A DNA stretch of 64,000 bases from an uncultured Desulfobulbaceae bacterium (GTDB lineage Bacteria > Desulfobacterota > Dissulfuribacteria > Dissulfuribacterales > DYLC01), in assembly GCA_964427245.1 (NCBI GenBank), contig CAYRSX010000005.1, positions 3,354 through 67,353 of the forward strand, read 5' to 3'. Of this stretch, positions 45,029 to 56,108 are shown in pieces. The notes beneath the pieces are model-generated. The model saw only the letters and a list, made by a program, of their open reading frames with translations, was not told the origin of the DNA and did not search any database. How positions within the stretch are numbered: the first letter of the stretch is position 1; each line of letters starts with the position of its first letter. The translations under genes were made by a program, and so were the position numbers.

Positions 45029-46714
45029 TCAACGAGTCAGACCACGATAACGCATTCTATGAGGATGGTCCGCTGCAGAGCCAAGCATTTTCCTTCGATT
45101 CGCTTCATATTCGCTAAAATTGCCATAGAACCACTCGATATGGCCGTTATCTTCAAAGGCCAGAATATGTGTGGCCACTCTGTCCAGAAACCAACGGTCG
45201 TGGCTGACTATAACGGCACAGCCTGCAAAACTCTCCAGTGCCTCTTCCAGTGCCCTTATGGTGTTCACATCCAGGTCGTTAGTGGGTTCGTCCAACAAAA
45301 GGACATTGGCGCCTGAGGTCAACATCTTTGCTAACTGAACGCGATTTCGCTCGCCACCAGACAGATCTTTTACCTTTTTTTGCTGATCAGTGCCCAAAAA
45401 ATTGAAACCCGCCACATAACCCCTCGAATTTACTTTGTAATTGCCAAATTGAAAGAACTCGGCGCCGCCGGATATCTCCTCCCACACCGTTTTTTCACCG
45501 TTCAGGCTGTCTCGAATCTGCTCCACATAGGCCAGCTTGACAGTAGATCCAATCTCTATGCTGCCGCTGTCAGGGGTTTCAATGCCCGCTATCAACTTGA
45601 GCAAAGTGGATTTACCGGCTCCGTTAGGCCCTATGACGCCGACCATGCTGCCAGGTGGAATGTTGAAACTGAAATTATCAAACAGCTTATAATCTCCATA
45701 ACCCTTTGAAACATTATGAAAATTGATAACCACATCCCCAAGGCGCGGGCCTGGCGGAATATATATTTCACGATCTTCCCTAGCCTTTTCATACTCCTGG
45801 CTCAGAAGGTTTTCATAGGCATTGATTCGAGCCTTCCCCTTGGCCTGACGCGCCTTTGGCGCCATACGAATCCACTCCAGTTCCCGCTGCAGGGTCTTTT
45901 GCCGCTTGCTCTCGGCCTTTTCCTCCTGGGCCAGACGCTGCTGTTTCTGTTCCAGCCATGAGGAATAATTGCCCTTCCATGGAATGCCATGCCCGCGGTC
46001 CAGCTCCAAAATCCACTGGGCCACATTGTCCAGAAAATAACGGTCGTGCGTAACGGCTATGACCGTACCCTTGTATTGCTGAAGATGATGCTCCAGCCAC
46101 GCCACAGACTCGGCATCCAGATGATTGGTGGGCTCATCCAAAAGCAGAATGTCAGACTCGATCAGAAGCAGACGACACAGGGCTACACGGCGCTTCTCAC
46201 CACCCGACAGATTGGCGACAGCCATATTCGGTGGCGGGCAGCGCAGGGCATCCATAGCCAGCTCAAGGCGGCTCTCCAGATTCCACGCATCATGCCTGTC
46301 CAATTCCTCCTGTACCTTGGCTTGCTCTTCCACCAGTGCGTCTATATCCGCATTCGAGTCTGTAAAGGCCGCATTTATCTCCTCAAACCTCTTCATCAGG
46401 GCCAGAACAGACGAAACCGCCTCCTCAACTATCTCTTTTACAGTCTTGGACGCATCCAGCTTGGGCTCCTGTTCCAGCAGGCCCACCGTGTAACCCTTGG
46501 AAAGCGTGGTCTCTCCAAGAAAATCCCTGTCCACACCGGCCATAATGTGAAGAAGGGTGCTCTTGCCAGAGCCGTTAAGGCCCAGCACACCTATCTTTGC
46601 TCCGTAATAAAAACCCAAAGTTATCTCCTTCAGGGCATACCGATTGGGTGGATATACCTTGCTTACCTTGAGCATGGAATAGATCACTTTTTGATCGTTT
46701 GTTTCTTTGGCCAT
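45029..46714 (-). CDS. ettA: ABC-F ATPase, energy-dependent translational throttle protein EttA
   Basis: 561 aa with two ABC cassettes: 'GLNGSGKST'/'[11 protein letters not shown]' and 'GPNGAGKST'/'[11 protein letters not shown]'. The N-terminal '[34 protein letters not shown]' is EttA-like. Confidence 0.9.
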   Translation of the reverse strand: MAKETNDQKVIYSMLKVSKVYPPNRYALKEITLGFYYGAKIGVLGLNGSGKSTLLHIMAGVDRDFLGETTLSKGYTVGLLEQEPKLDASKTVKEIVEEAVSSVLALMKRFEEINAAFTDSNADIDALVEEQAKVQEELDRHDAWNLESRLELAMDALRCPPPNMAVANLSGGEKRRVALCRLLLIESDILLLDEPTNHLDAESVAWLEHHLQQYKGTVIAVTHDRYFLDNVAQWILELDRGHGIPWKGNYSSWLEQKQQRLAQEEKAESKRQKTLQRELEWIRMAPKARQAKGKARINAYENLLSQEYEKAREDREIYIPPGPRLGDVVINFHNVSKGYGDYKLFDNFSFNIPPGSMVGVIGPNGAGKSTLLKLIAGIETPDSGSIEIGSTVKLAYVEQIRDSLNGEKTVWEEISGGAEFFQFGNYKVNSRGYVAGFNFLGTDQQKKVKDLSGGERNRVQLAKMLTSGANVLLLDEPTNDLDVNTIRALEEALESFAGCAVIVSHDRWFLDRVATHILAFEDNGHIEWFYGNFSEYEANRRKMLGSAADHPHRMRYRGLTR

Positions 46715-46846
46715 TATTTCTTCCTTATAGTAACACAGCAGCCCTTCTCGGCTGGCTCACTTCACAAACACCTAACCAGTAGTAAGAGTTGCACTTACAA
46801 CTTGAATCCGGCTTGAATCCGCGTTCATGGGGTTCCTTCAGCTATC

Positions 46847-46884
46847 AAAAAAACAGGCTTGACCCACTATATGAGGATCAAGCC
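46847..46884 (-). terminator. Rho-independent terminator after adk
   Basis: 7-bp stem GGCTTGA (46856-46862) / TCAAGCC (46878-46884). On the minus strand it is followed by TGTTTTTTT (plus-strand A-run 46847-46853). It lies about 40 nt downstream of the adk stop. Confidence 0.6.
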
Positions 46885-46924
46885 CTTTAATCATCACAAA
46901 CAATAAATAGTCGCCAGAATGCGA

Positions 46925-47611
<687 letters not shown>

Positions 47612-47724
47612 TTATAAACAGCTCGGATTGTTTTATAATCAAAAAAACAAAAAAAGCAATAACCGGCTCATAAAATATATGATATATCGCGATTGGACGG
47701 AAAACGCCCATCTAACTTCTTTCT

Positions 47725-48585
47725 TCATGCAGTTAGGGCATGCAACGCCTTGATCGCAGCCCTCTTTACCGCCATAGAGGGATCGTTTGCAAGACACCGC
47801 AATTCCTGGGCGTCGAGCCGACCCTGTCTGGCAAGTACCTCCACGGCTGTGGCCCTAATCTCCTGGTCTTCATGGTTCAAAAGCCCACGAAATTCATTTT
47901 CGTAGCCTGGCATCTCAAACTGTTTCAACAAGGCCATTAGACCAGGCTTGATGTCTTCGTCTCCGAATTGCAACTCTTTCAGATATAATGCAACGATCTC
48001 AGGGGAGGTTTCCTGAAAACGCCACAGGTTTAATAAAATGACCTTTTTGACCTCTTTGGAACAGGTGGCAAGCCTGTCCATGAGGAGTCGGACCACACGC
48101 TTCTCATGCAGATTACACAAGGCTGCAATAGCTATCTCCTGTATTTCCTGATTGTCATCATAGATACATTCGATAAGCGGCAGGGCCGCCACGAGATTGC
48201 CCTCCCACCCCATGGCCAAAATGGCGCGAATGCGACGATCATGGTCTCCATGGGCCACATCTGACAACAAATGCGACAACAACTGCTGAGGATGATTCAG
48301 AAAGGGACCTATGATGCTCAAATGAACAGCGGCATAATCCTTGATTTCATCAGATGCGTCACTTTCCTGCATGAGATCGTAGATGGACATGGCCGTCTCT
48401 TCCTTGGCAAAGGCCCCCAACACAAAAAATATCTCTCTGCATACGGAGATATCTAGAATACGAAGCGCCCGCAGAAACAAGGCTATGGCATCCTTCTTCT
48501 CTCGCGCAAAACGGTTCAAATCCACGAGATATGCCCTAACAAGGACAGCGATACGTTCTTTGGGATCAAAAACCACTACACTCAT
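47725..48585 (-). CDS. HEAT-like (PBS-lyase type) repeat protein
   Basis: 286 aa with repeated 'D..(E/R)IR..A...L' helices: 'DHDRRIRAILAMG', 'DDNQEIQEIAIAALCNL', 'HEDQEIRATAVEVLAR' and 'DPSMAVKRAAIKAL'. It starts 17 nt downstream of the RNB gene. Confidence 0.65.
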   Translation of the reverse strand: MSVVVFDPKERIAVLVRAYLVDLNRFAREKKDAIALFLRALRILDISVCREIFFVLGAFAKEETAMSIYDLMQESDASDEIKDYAAVHLSIIGPFLNHPQQLLSHLLSDVAHGDHDRRIRAILAMGWEGNLVAALPLIECIYDDNQEIQEIAIAALCNLHEKRVVRLLMDRLATCSKEVKKVILLNLWRFQETSPEIVALYLKELQFGDEDIKPGLMALLKQFEMPGYENEFRGLLNHEDQEIRATAVEVLARQGRLDAQELRCLANDPSMAVKRAAIKALHALTA

Positions 48586-48602
48586 GACATTGCATCAGAC
48601 CT

Positions 48603-50609
48603 TCAAGCACTCCATGAAGCCCTTAAAACACCTTCCCTGGCATTGACTCGACTCACATAAACCGTTACATCCTCATCGGGCGTCACTGCCATACCCATGG
48701 GTTTCGGCATTTCCACCAGCATCAGGTAATCATGCAGGACCACCAGCGTCTTTTGAGGCGAATCTTCCAGGATCCATGCCCGCAAAGGTCTATTGATCTG
48801 TTTTTCAAGATGCCGCAACAACCAATAACGTTGACGGTTGTTGGAGACCAGTGCTGCAGATATAAGGCCTTCATTTAGATAAATGGCCAGACTCTCCAGG
48901 TCGGCGGAGGTGTGAAGAGGCAGCCCTGACTGGAGAAAACTGGCTATCTGTTGCTGCATAAGCAGATCCAGTCCCCTGCGAAGAGGCGAGGTAACCGTGG
49001 TATATGCCTCCAGTCCAAGACCGCTGTGAAACTCCGGCTCCTGCGATGTGACACCCCTGCTGATAAATCTGCGTTGGCGATAATTCAATTTTACATCGGT
49101 GGTTATACCTGATACGAGTTTGGACTTCGGAGCCGGCTGAGAGCGATAAATGGCAGGAATATGGTTGTCCCGTAGAAATTCAGCGGCCATTCTATTGGCC
49201 AGCACCATGCACTCTGACACCAGAAAACGGGCCGGTCCTATGGGCTGCAACGAGACCTCAGGCTCACCATTTACAATCCTGATACTAACATCAGGGATGG
49301 GAAGGGGCATTGCCCCTGCCTCAATCCTCCTCTGCTGAAGTCTTTCACACAACCCAAGAAGGGTTTCAAATGGTTCCTGCCCGCTCTTAATGGCCTCGTC
49401 CACGCTATCATAAGTGAAGCGGTTTGCTACACGAATAACACTTAAGACTATGCGTGTCTTCAGGACATTGGCATGTTCGTCCATGGTCGCAAAAAAACTT
49501 ATGACAGGCCGTTCCTCACCGGCAACCAGACTCATTACCCTGGCTGACAAAATCTCTGGAAGCATGGGAATGATCTCATCAGGCAGATAAATGCTGGTAG
49601 CCCTACGAATTGCCTCATCAAAAAGAGGTGTCTTGGCAGAAATGCGTTCTCCGACACCGGTTATATGCACTCCCAGCTCATAACCGGCAGACACCTGCCT
49701 GAAACTCAACGCATCGTCTATGTCTGTGGTCTCTAAGCTGTCGATGGTAAATATGTTCAAGGCTGTCAGGTCCAACAAGCCGGTCTTTTCAAAGGGCTCA
49801 TCGGCTATTTTTACGGCCTGGTGCATAGCTTTGAGACCAAAACTCCGTTCAATCCCATATTTGGCAAGCTCCAGATTCTCATGTACGCTCCATCTGCCCG
49901 CCTTAACCATGGTATAAAACGGCGCAGAAGGCTGAAGCAGACCGGCCTGTTTAAAGATATTTTTAACCTTGAAAGCAGACTGAGACTCATCACCCTTTAT
50001 ACAGAAATCGGCTATATTCGAAAGCAGGGAATCGAACTCACCTGCTTTAACCTGCTGAAGCGCCGCATGCCTTTCCTGCTCCTTTTCACTCCAGAGGGCC
50101 TTCAAAAACACCACTCCTCGAGCCAGTTCCTCCTGCTCCTGTCTTTCTCTCTCCTGATGGGCCAGCAGCAACTCCACCACATGCGCCGGCTGAACAACTA
50201 TCTGACCGTTTTTGAACTTGAAATGAGTATGATTCAGAATAACCGAACGGATTAGGGCAGCCTCGTGATCAGGCCCTGTATCGCCTGTAAAAACCAGTTG
50301 CACAAGGTCGGCGCAAGACCAAGTCTCCTGCTCACTCTGAACCAATGCCCAAAGCGAGGGAATATCTATTGCATCGAGAAGCACATTACGCCTCCCATGT
50401 ATCTCCTCTAAACCCCGCAGAACAGCCTCGCGATGGGTATAAGTCAATTTCTGAGAAGACACATGCAGAAAACGGGCATCTGAAAGGGTCAGTTCCCTCC
50501 CCAAATGGGTAAGTACATGATAACGACTGCCTTTTTTCTCCAGAATCACAGCACAGATAAAGCGCTGCTCATCCAGGAACTCTATGACCTGACCACTGGC
50601 TATTTCCAT
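48603..50609 (-). CDS. RNB-domain 3'-5' exoribonuclease (RNase II/R family)
   Basis: 668 aa with the RNB catalytic motif 'TIDSLETTDIDDALSF', 'IPMLPE', 'TSPLRRGLDLLMQQQI' and a C-terminal S1-like region. The N-terminus is not a classical CSD pair. Confidence 0.8.
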   Translation of the reverse strand: MEIASGQVIEFLDEQRFICAVILEKKGSRYHVLTHLGRELTLSDARFLHVSSQKLTYTHREAVLRGLEEIHGRRNVLLDAIDIPSLWALVQSEQETWSCADLVQLVFTGDTGPDHEAALIRSVILNHTHFKFKNGQIVVQPAHVVELLLAHQERERQEQEELARGVVFLKALWSEKEQERHAALQQVKAGEFDSLLSNIADFCIKGDESQSAFKVKNIFKQAGLLQPSAPFYTMVKAGRWSVHENLELAKYGIERSFGLKAMHQAVKIADEPFEKTGLLDLTALNIFTIDSLETTDIDDALSFRQVSAGYELGVHITGVGERISAKTPLFDEAIRRATSIYLPDEIIPMLPEILSARVMSLVAGEERPVISFFATMDEHANVLKTRIVLSVIRVANRFTYDSVDEAIKSGQEPFETLLGLCERLQQRRIEAGAMPLPIPDVSIRIVNGEPEVSLQPIGPARFLVSECMVLANRMAAEFLRDNHIPAIYRSQPAPKSKLVSGITTDVKLNYRQRRFISRGVTSQEPEFHSGLGLEAYTTVTSPLRRGLDLLMQQQIASFLQSGLPLHTSADLESLAIYLNEGLISAALVSNNRQRYWLLRHLEKQINRPLRAWILEDSPQKTLVVLHDYLMLVEMPKPMGMAVTPDEDVTVYVSRVNAREGVLRASWSA

Positions 50610-50618
50610 AAAAAGGCG

Positions 50619-51314
50619 CTAGTCCAAATGCTTCTTCAGGTCCAGCATGGCCTTTTTTACACCGTATTCCACAAGCTCGGCAGCGGTAAGCCAGCGCATT
50701 CCGGTCTCTCTGTAAAAACCAGCCTTGAACAGGTTTTCGGAAAGGGGTTGCTGCGTCTCGTCATAGCCGTAACGCCAGAGTACTACGCCATCAGAGACTC
50801 GTATCAACACCATAGAAAAGGCAACCGATGCCGGCGTCTGCACTGAATAATTGGAGCCCACACGCTCTCGATATCGTAATAACTTGGTATAGAGCACGGC
50901 ATCGGCACCCAATTCAGTACCGAAATTCTGTATCAACTTGAGCTGCGACGCCTTAACATCCACACTTAACATGGCGTTTAGAAAACTAACACACTGCCGC
51001 TCCTGCACCACTCTGAAACGGGCATCACCACTGACTCCATTTGCAATCAATGCAGTAACCTCGGCACGGGCGCCGGCAGGCAACTCCTCTGCAACAGCGG
51101 AAGCATTATCTGTGATGGTGCAATCCGTATCTCTGCCCGAGAGCGATGCCTTGTCCACTGGTAAAACAGCTATATTCTCCAGATGAGGTATGCTGACATC
51201 ATCGGAACTCACGGAGGTAAGACCGCTGCACCCCACAATGACCGAAAACGATGCAACAATTGAAACAAAAATACACAGCCGAAGAATACGCATGAAGGTA
51301 AAATATGGACTCAT
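50619..51314 (-). CDS. Lipoprotein of unknown function
   Basis: 231 aa with a signal peptide and lipobox 'VIVGCSG'. 'IAVLPVD...GADAVLYTKLLRYRER...VLWRY' resembles small outer-membrane lipoproteins of the DUF799/LpoB-like fold; that is a fold guess only. There is a 4-nt overlap with hisB. Confidence 0.5.
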   Translation of the reverse strand: MSPYFTFMRILRLCIFVSIVASFSVIVGCSGLTSVSSDDVSIPHLENIAVLPVDKASLSGRDTDCTITDNASAVAEELPAGARAEVTALIANGVSGDARFRVVQERQCVSFLNAMLSVDVKASQLKLIQNFGTELGADAVLYTKLLRYRERVGSNYSVQTPASVAFSMVLIRVSDGVVLWRYGYDETQQPLSENLFKAGFYRETGMRWLTAAELVEYGVKKAMLDLKKHLD

Positions 51315-51913
51315 AGGACCCCTTTACTGGAAAAGACTCGATTTTGAAGCCGCGGTTCCTGAGAAACCGCAAGGGACAAAGCTCTTGCCATGGCCTTAAA
51401 CACAGCTTCTACCATGTGATGACCGTTTTTGCCATACTCTACATTTATGTGCAGAGTGATTCCGCTGTGCAGCACAAATGCCCTCATGAACTCCTCGATG
51501 AGCTCCACATCGAACTCGCCGATTTTGCTCACCGGAAATTGGGCGCGAAACACCAAATACGGCCGGTTGGAGACATCCACATAGACATGTGCCAGGGCCT
51601 CGTCCATAGGCACTGAAAAGTTCCCATAGCGACGCAGACCAGCGGCAGTTCCCACAGCCTGTCGAAATGCCTGCCCAAGACAAATGCCTATGTCCTCCAC
51701 TGTGTGATGAAAATCCACGTTGAGGTCCCCCGTAGCATGAATGGAGAGGTCGAACAGACCGTGAACAGTCCAGAGGGTCAACATGTGATTCAAAAAACCA
51801 ATACCGGTCTGAATGGAGGCCCTGCCCTCGCCCTCGAGCCTCAGCTTCAGCTGAATATCGGTCTCCGCAGTGGAACGTTTTATTTCAATGGCTTGTAATT
51901 CGCTCACATACAC
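51311..51913 (-). CDS. hisB: Imidazoleglycerol-phosphate dehydratase
   Basis: 200 aa with 'RSTAETDI', 'GIGFLNHML', 'HHTVEDIGI' and 'NGHHMVEAVFKA'. Confidence 0.95.
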   Translation of the reverse strand: MYVSELQAIEIKRSTAETDIQLKLRLEGEGRASIQTGIGFLNHMLTLWTVHGLFDLSIHATGDLNVDFHHTVEDIGICLGQAFRQAVGTAAGLRRYGNFSVPMDEALAHVYVDVSNRPYLVFRAQFPVSKIGEFDVELIEEFMRAFVLHSGITLHINVEYGKNGHHMVEAVFKAMARALSLAVSQEPRLQNRVFSSKGVL

Positions 51914-51932
51914 TCCTTCACAAAAAACAACA

Positions 51933-53594
51933 TCAATCCCTCAAAATGGCGCCCTTTGCACCGCTTTCCACCAATTTTGCATATCTGGCCAGATAACCCG
52001 TGGTAATCTTTGGCACAAAAGGCCTCTGCTCCGCCCTTCTGCGATTCAATTCATCGTCATTTACCAAAAGATTAAGTTTGCGTGCAGGGATGTCGATTTC
52101 AATCAGATCCCCTTCCTGCACCAGGCCGATTGGGCCACCGCTTGCAGCCTCCGGCGACACATGGCCTATGGCAGCGCCTTGTGTGCCTCCGCTGAACCGT
52201 CCGTCCGTAATAAGGGCCACATCCTTGCCCAATCCCATGCCTATGACCGCAGCAGTTGGAGAAAGCATCTCCGGCATGCCAGGCCCTCCTTTCGGCCCTT
52301 CATAACGAATGACTATCACATCCTTGGGCCTGATTTTTCCACTCAAAATGGCGTCATAGGCCTCATTTTCCGATTCAAAGATACGGGCTGGCCCGGTATG
52401 GCACAGCATCTCTTCGGCAACGGCTGACTGCTTCACCACAGCGCCTTCAGGGGCCAGATTTCCGTAAAGAACGGCTATACCACCCTGTTTGTGATATGGA
52501 TTTGACACAGGACGAATAACATCTCGACCGATGGTCTTTACTGCGTCTATCTGTTCCCTTACGGTCCTACCGGAAACAGTTAAACATTCCAGATTCAAAA
52601 CCCCCAGATTGGAGAGCTCCTTCATGACCGCCTGTATGCCCCCTGCCTCATGGAGTTCCGCCAGGCTGTGGGGACCGCCTGGAATCAGACTGCAAACATG
52701 GGGCGTCTTCTCACTCATTTCATTGAAAACAGAAAGCGGGAGGTCTATACCGGCCTCATGGGCTATGGCCGGCACATGTAGAGTAGTATTAGTGGAGCAA
52801 CCCAGGGCCATATCCACTTCAATGGCGTTTTTAAATGCCTCAGGCGTGGCAATGCTGCGAGGCGTTATGCCCTTCTGTACCAATTCCACCGCCTTCATGC
52901 CGGCCATCTTGGCCAGGCGATAGCGGGCCGCCGACACGGCAGGAGTAGTGCCGCTTTGAGGCAGAGACAGGCCAAGGGCCTCTGTGAGACAATTCATGGA
53001 GTTGGCAGTAAACATTCCGGCGCAGGAACCACAGGTGGGGCAGGCCTCGTCTTCCAGTTCCTGCATATCCTCGATGCTCATATCCCCGCGCTTCACTCGG
53101 CCGATGCCCTCAAATACGGTGATGAGATTTACCTTTTTCCCTCTCCATGTGCCGGTAAGCATCGGACCACCGCTTATAACTATGGCAGGGATATTCAGAC
53201 GCAGCATGGCCATAAGCATACCCGGAATGATCTTATCGCAATTCGGCACCATCACCAGGCCATCAAATGGATGACCTTGAGCCATTACCTCCACTGAATC
53301 GGCAATCAGCTCACGGCTGGCCAGGGAATAGCGCATTCCAAGGTGATTCATCGCTATGCCGTCACACACTCCGATACAGCCGAATTCCATTGGAGTTCCA
53401 CCTGCCATGCGAATACCGGCCTTTACAGCCTCAACTATCTGACGCAGGTGTATATGGCCCGGAATGACCTCGTTAAAGGAATTGACCACTCCTATGAGGG
53501 GTCTGCTCAACTCCTCGTCAGTATAACCCATTGCCTTGAAAAGGGACCTGTGAGGCGCCCTTTCCAATCCTTTTTTCATTTGATCGCTTCTCAT
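51933..53594 (-). CDS. ilvD: Dihydroxy-acid dehydratase
   Basis: 553 aa with '[12 protein letters not shown]', 'CDGIAMNH', '[12 protein letters not shown]', '[16 protein letters not shown]' and '[11 protein letters not shown]'. Confidence 0.95.
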   Translation of the reverse strand: MRSDQMKKGLERAPHRSLFKAMGYTDEELSRPLIGVVNSFNEVIPGHIHLRQIVEAVKAGIRMAGGTPMEFGCIGVCDGIAMNHLGMRYSLASRELIADSVEVMAQGHPFDGLVMVPNCDKIIPGMLMAMLRLNIPAIVISGGPMLTGTWRGKKVNLITVFEGIGRVKRGDMSIEDMQELEDEACPTCGSCAGMFTANSMNCLTEALGLSLPQSGTTPAVSAARYRLAKMAGMKAVELVQKGITPRSIATPEAFKNAIEVDMALGCSTNTTLHVPAIAHEAGIDLPLSVFNEMSEKTPHVCSLIPGGPHSLAELHEAGGIQAVMKELSNLGVLNLECLTVSGRTVREQIDAVKTIGRDVIRPVSNPYHKQGGIAVLYGNLAPEGAVVKQSAVAEEMLCHTGPARIFESENEAYDAILSGKIRPKDVIVIRYEGPKGGPGMPEMLSPTAAVIGMGLGKDVALITDGRFSGGTQGAAIGHVSPEAASGGPIGLVQEGDLIEIDIPARKLNLLVNDDELNRRRAEQRPFVPKITTGYLARYAKLVESGAKGAILRD

Positions 53595-53635
53595 AATACC
53601 CTCCTGGTTTATGCCGCATTAAAATACCTCTACAC

Positions 53636-53699
53636 TGTCATTGTGAGTGCAACGAAGAATCGCATCTTTTGCGATTGCTTCACCTTCAACTCGCAAAGA
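53636..53699. repeat. Copy of the dispersed palindromic intergenic repeat family
   Basis: 'ctgtcattgtgagtgcaacgaagaatcgcatcttttgcgattgcttcaccttcaactcgcaaagaca'. The ends TGTCATTGTGAG / CTCGCAAAGACA are imperfect inverted repeats, and there is an internal 'gaatcgca..tgcgattc' palindrome. Confidence 0.7.
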
Positions 53700-53764
53700 C
53701 ATTTTCATTCACCTTTGTTAGCCAACAGCTCAAGTGAACTTCATAACTAAAAGACAACAAGATT

Positions 53765-54511
53765 CTACAACATCATTGGAATCTCTGGTTCTTTTCGTTG
53801 GTTCTTCATATGCAATTTCCACACAAAACCCAAAAGGCTATCTCCAAAAGAAACGGCCTTGCGTGGCAATTGCCATAAATCATTTCCTGATACAACACCA
53901 CCCCTTACACAAGTCACGGCGGAGAGATAACCGGCCTCTTTGACAGACTTCATGACAGTCGCATTATAACTGCCATACGGATAACAAAAATGGCAGACAT
54001 CTTTTTCTATTAGCGCCTCGATTTTTATTTTGCTTTCAAAGATTTCTTTCCTCATAGTTTCATAAAACACATCTGCAAGTCTTACGTGACTCAAACCATG
54101 AGAACCTATCCCAATTCCATAATCCATCATCTCCTGAATCTGCTTCAATTTCAACATAGACGGGCAAGCCCTGCCCTCCTTGGCAAACCAATCAGCCTTT
54201 CCATCAATATAATCAGATAATACATAAACCATAGCAGGAAATTTATAATATTTCAGTATAGGAAAGGCGTAAATATAAAAATCCTCAAAACCATCGTCAA
54301 AGGTCAAAACCACTGAGCGAGAAGGTATTGCTATCTCACCATGCACTGCCCGAATACACGTATCCATATCTATTATATTGTATTTCATATAGTTAAGCCA
54401 ACGCATCTGGGCATTAAACCGCTTGTAACAGCAATACAACGCCCTATGTTCACGTATATCATGAAAATCACCTATTCGATGATACATAAGAATCGAGATG
54501 GGATCATCCAT
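53765..54511 (-). CDS. Polysaccharide deacetylase (NodB homology domain)
   Basis: 248 aa counted from the ATG at 54511 ('MDDPISILMYHRIG'). 'VLTFDDGFEDFY', 'GSHGLSHVRL' and 'FCYPYGSYN' are present. The start overlaps the upstream glycosyltransferase stop (ATGGATGA). Confidence 0.8.
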   Translation of the reverse strand: MDDPISILMYHRIGDFHDIREHRALYCCYKRFNAQMRWLNYMKYNIIDMDTCIRAVHGEIAIPSRSVVLTFDDGFEDFYIYAFPILKYYKFPAMVYVLSDYIDGKADWFAKEGRACPSMLKLKQIQEMMDYGIGIGSHGLSHVRLADVFYETMRKEIFESKIKIEALIEKDVCHFCYPYGSYNATVMKSVKEAGYLSAVTCVRGGVVSGNDLWQLPRKAVSFGDSLLGFVWKLHMKNQRKEPEIPMML

Positions 54512-55583
54512 ATTTCTTTTGCAGTAACTCTGAATACATTTGAAAATAATCAGATATAATACGCTCTTTGCTGAAATCACGCAGCAATCTTTCTCTGCCT
54601 TTTTGCGCCAGATGAATACGAAAATCACTATCTAAACACAGATCATAAATGGCCTTTGTTAATTGGGGAACATTTCGGCACGGTACACGAAGTCCATTTT
54701 CTCCATCTGTTATGAGTTCCAGTGCGCCTGGGAAACTGCTTGCTATCACAGGACGCTCATATGACCATGCCTCCAATATGACATTGCCGAGGGCCTCCGT
54801 CTCCAAAGAGGGGAACACCACTACATCCGCCAGGTGATAGAAATGCCCGGGCTCACTCTGCCATCCTGCAAATATCACGCGATTTGCCACACCCAACGAA
54901 GACGCCATGGCCTGCATCTCTTCAAAAAACGGCCCATTCCCCAATAACACCAGATAAATAGGTCTGCCTGCTACTTCTTTTTTTAAATTGGCAAAGGCCT
55001 GCAAAAGATAACTGTGCCCCTTTACCTCCATAAATCTAGCTGCATTTAACAACACAAGGGCGTGTCCTGGAATACCTAAACATTTACGCAAGTTATGGAT
55101 TCTATCCTCGTCTCTTGCAACAGGCTCATCCACAAAATTAGGAATATGATAGATTCGTCGCAAGTCAAAACCGCCTTTTAGCAGATAATCACAAAGGGAC
55201 CGAGTATTGCAAACCCATGCATCTGCATGTCTGTAGCCATTGAGCTTATAATAACCGCCCAACCTGGCCACATGAATCGTATGGAGTAAAGAACGAGATA
55301 GATGAGTGAGTCTCGTGGCGCGGCCCATATAGGTCTGAACTACATGAGGCATGAGCATTTTCAGTCTTCTGTGTATGAGATACATGGAGACTATATCCCA
55401 AACATTCGCCATGGGAAAGGCTGTAATCTGAATGTCTTGAGCCACATGTGAAAGAATAGTGGTATCTTTTCGCAAAAAGGCATAATTTTCATGCCCAGCC
55501 TCGCAGCATGCCCTGCTGAAACGCAAAAAAAACCTTTCCGCTCCACCCGATGTCTTGCTTCCTATGATATGAACGATTTTCAT
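54504..55583 (-). CDS. Glycosyltransferase, GT4 (GT-B, retaining) family
   Basis: 359 aa counted from the ATG at 55583 ('MKIVHIIGSKTSGGAERFF'). The C-terminal 'ADVVVFPSLETEALGNVILEAWSYERPVIAS' carries the E-x7-E motif. Confidence 0.8.
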   Translation of the reverse strand: MKIVHIIGSKTSGGAERFFLRFSRACCEAGHENYAFLRKDTTILSHVAQDIQITAFPMANVWDIVSMYLIHRRLKMLMPHVVQTYMGRATRLTHLSRSLLHTIHVARLGGYYKLNGYRHADAWVCNTRSLCDYLLKGGFDLRRIYHIPNFVDEPVARDEDRIHNLRKCLGIPGHALVLLNAARFMEVKGHSYLLQAFANLKKEVAGRPIYLVLLGNGPFFEEMQAMASSLGVANRVIFAGWQSEPGHFYHLADVVVFPSLETEALGNVILEAWSYERPVIASSFPGALELITDGENGLRVPCRNVPQLTKAIYDLCLDSDFRIHLAQKGRERLLRDFSKERIISDYFQMYSELLQKKYG

Positions 55584-55634
55584 GATATGGGCTATTAACC
55601 ACAGAAGACTCAAAAATCAAAGTACAATCTAGTC

Positions 55635-55815
55635 TGTCATTTCGAATGAAGCGCAGGTACGGGCACGGCATGCCGTGCCCCAACAAATCTTAAGATTCCT
55701 CGCTTCGCTCGGAATGACAGGACGTTGGTGCTTCGCTTCGCTCGGAATGACAGGACGTTGGTGCTTCGCTTCGCTCGGAATGACAAGCTGTAGTGTGTCA
55801 GTGCAAGCGAAGCGC
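55635..55815. repeat. Dispersed repeat: 85-nt core near-identical to 31601-31684, plus a 33-bp tandem array
   Basis: The core at 55635-55719 differs from the 31601-31684 copy by one extra T. The perfect 20-bp palindrome lies at 55661-55680. 33-bp units occupy 55698-55730 and 55731-55763 (1 mismatch), with a partial third unit to about 55786. The terminal half-site is 'gtgtcagtgcaagcgaagcg' (55796-55815). Confidence 0.9.
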
Positions 55816-55888
55816 CTTTTTGCGGTTCTCTAAAATTACTCATAGATTTTATTCAAGGCTATTGCCCAGTTTCATAATTTCTTATAAT

Positions 55889-56098
55889 ATGCACAGTATG
55901 CAAAATACGACACTTGAACTCCTCTCAATCCTTGTATGTCCTCAATGCAAAGGGGAATTAGCCATCACTTCCGACCAATCCGGACTTGTTTGCCACTCCT
56001 GTGCCCTCCTTTACGAGATACGAGATGGCATTCCGGTAATGCTGATAACCGAGGCAAAACGCCTGGATGAAACCCCAAAAACAAACAAAAACCATTAG
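55889..56098 (+). CDS. Trm112/YcaR (UPF0434) family zinc-ribbon protein
   Basis: 'LLSILVCPQCKGEL...LVCHSCALLYEIRDGIPVML'. The start is either the ATG at 55889 or the one at 55898. Confidence 0.75.
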   Translation: MHSMQNTTLELLSILVCPQCKGELAITSDQSGLVCHSCALLYEIRDGIPVMLITEAKRLDETPKTNKNH

Positions 56099-56108
56099 GA
56101 GGCATTAC

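Noticed and set aside
45989-46816. Long antisense ORFs opposite well-supported genes: 275 aa opposite ettA, 276 aa at 13263-14093 opposite the lipoprotein gene, 263 aa at 62482-63273 opposite kdsA, and 208 aa at 3582-4208 opposite the MCP gene
   Set aside because: They lie fully inside genes with strong motif support on the other strand. Their translations are low-complexity (Arg/Gln/His/Leu-rich) with no recognisable motifs. Open antisense frames of this kind are expected by chance in this codon-usage context.
55698-55786. A 33-bp tandem repeat that could be mistaken for a small CRISPR array
   Set aside because: The units are directly adjacent with no spacers, there are only about 2.7 copies, no cas genes are present, and the unit is part of the dispersed palindromic repeat family.
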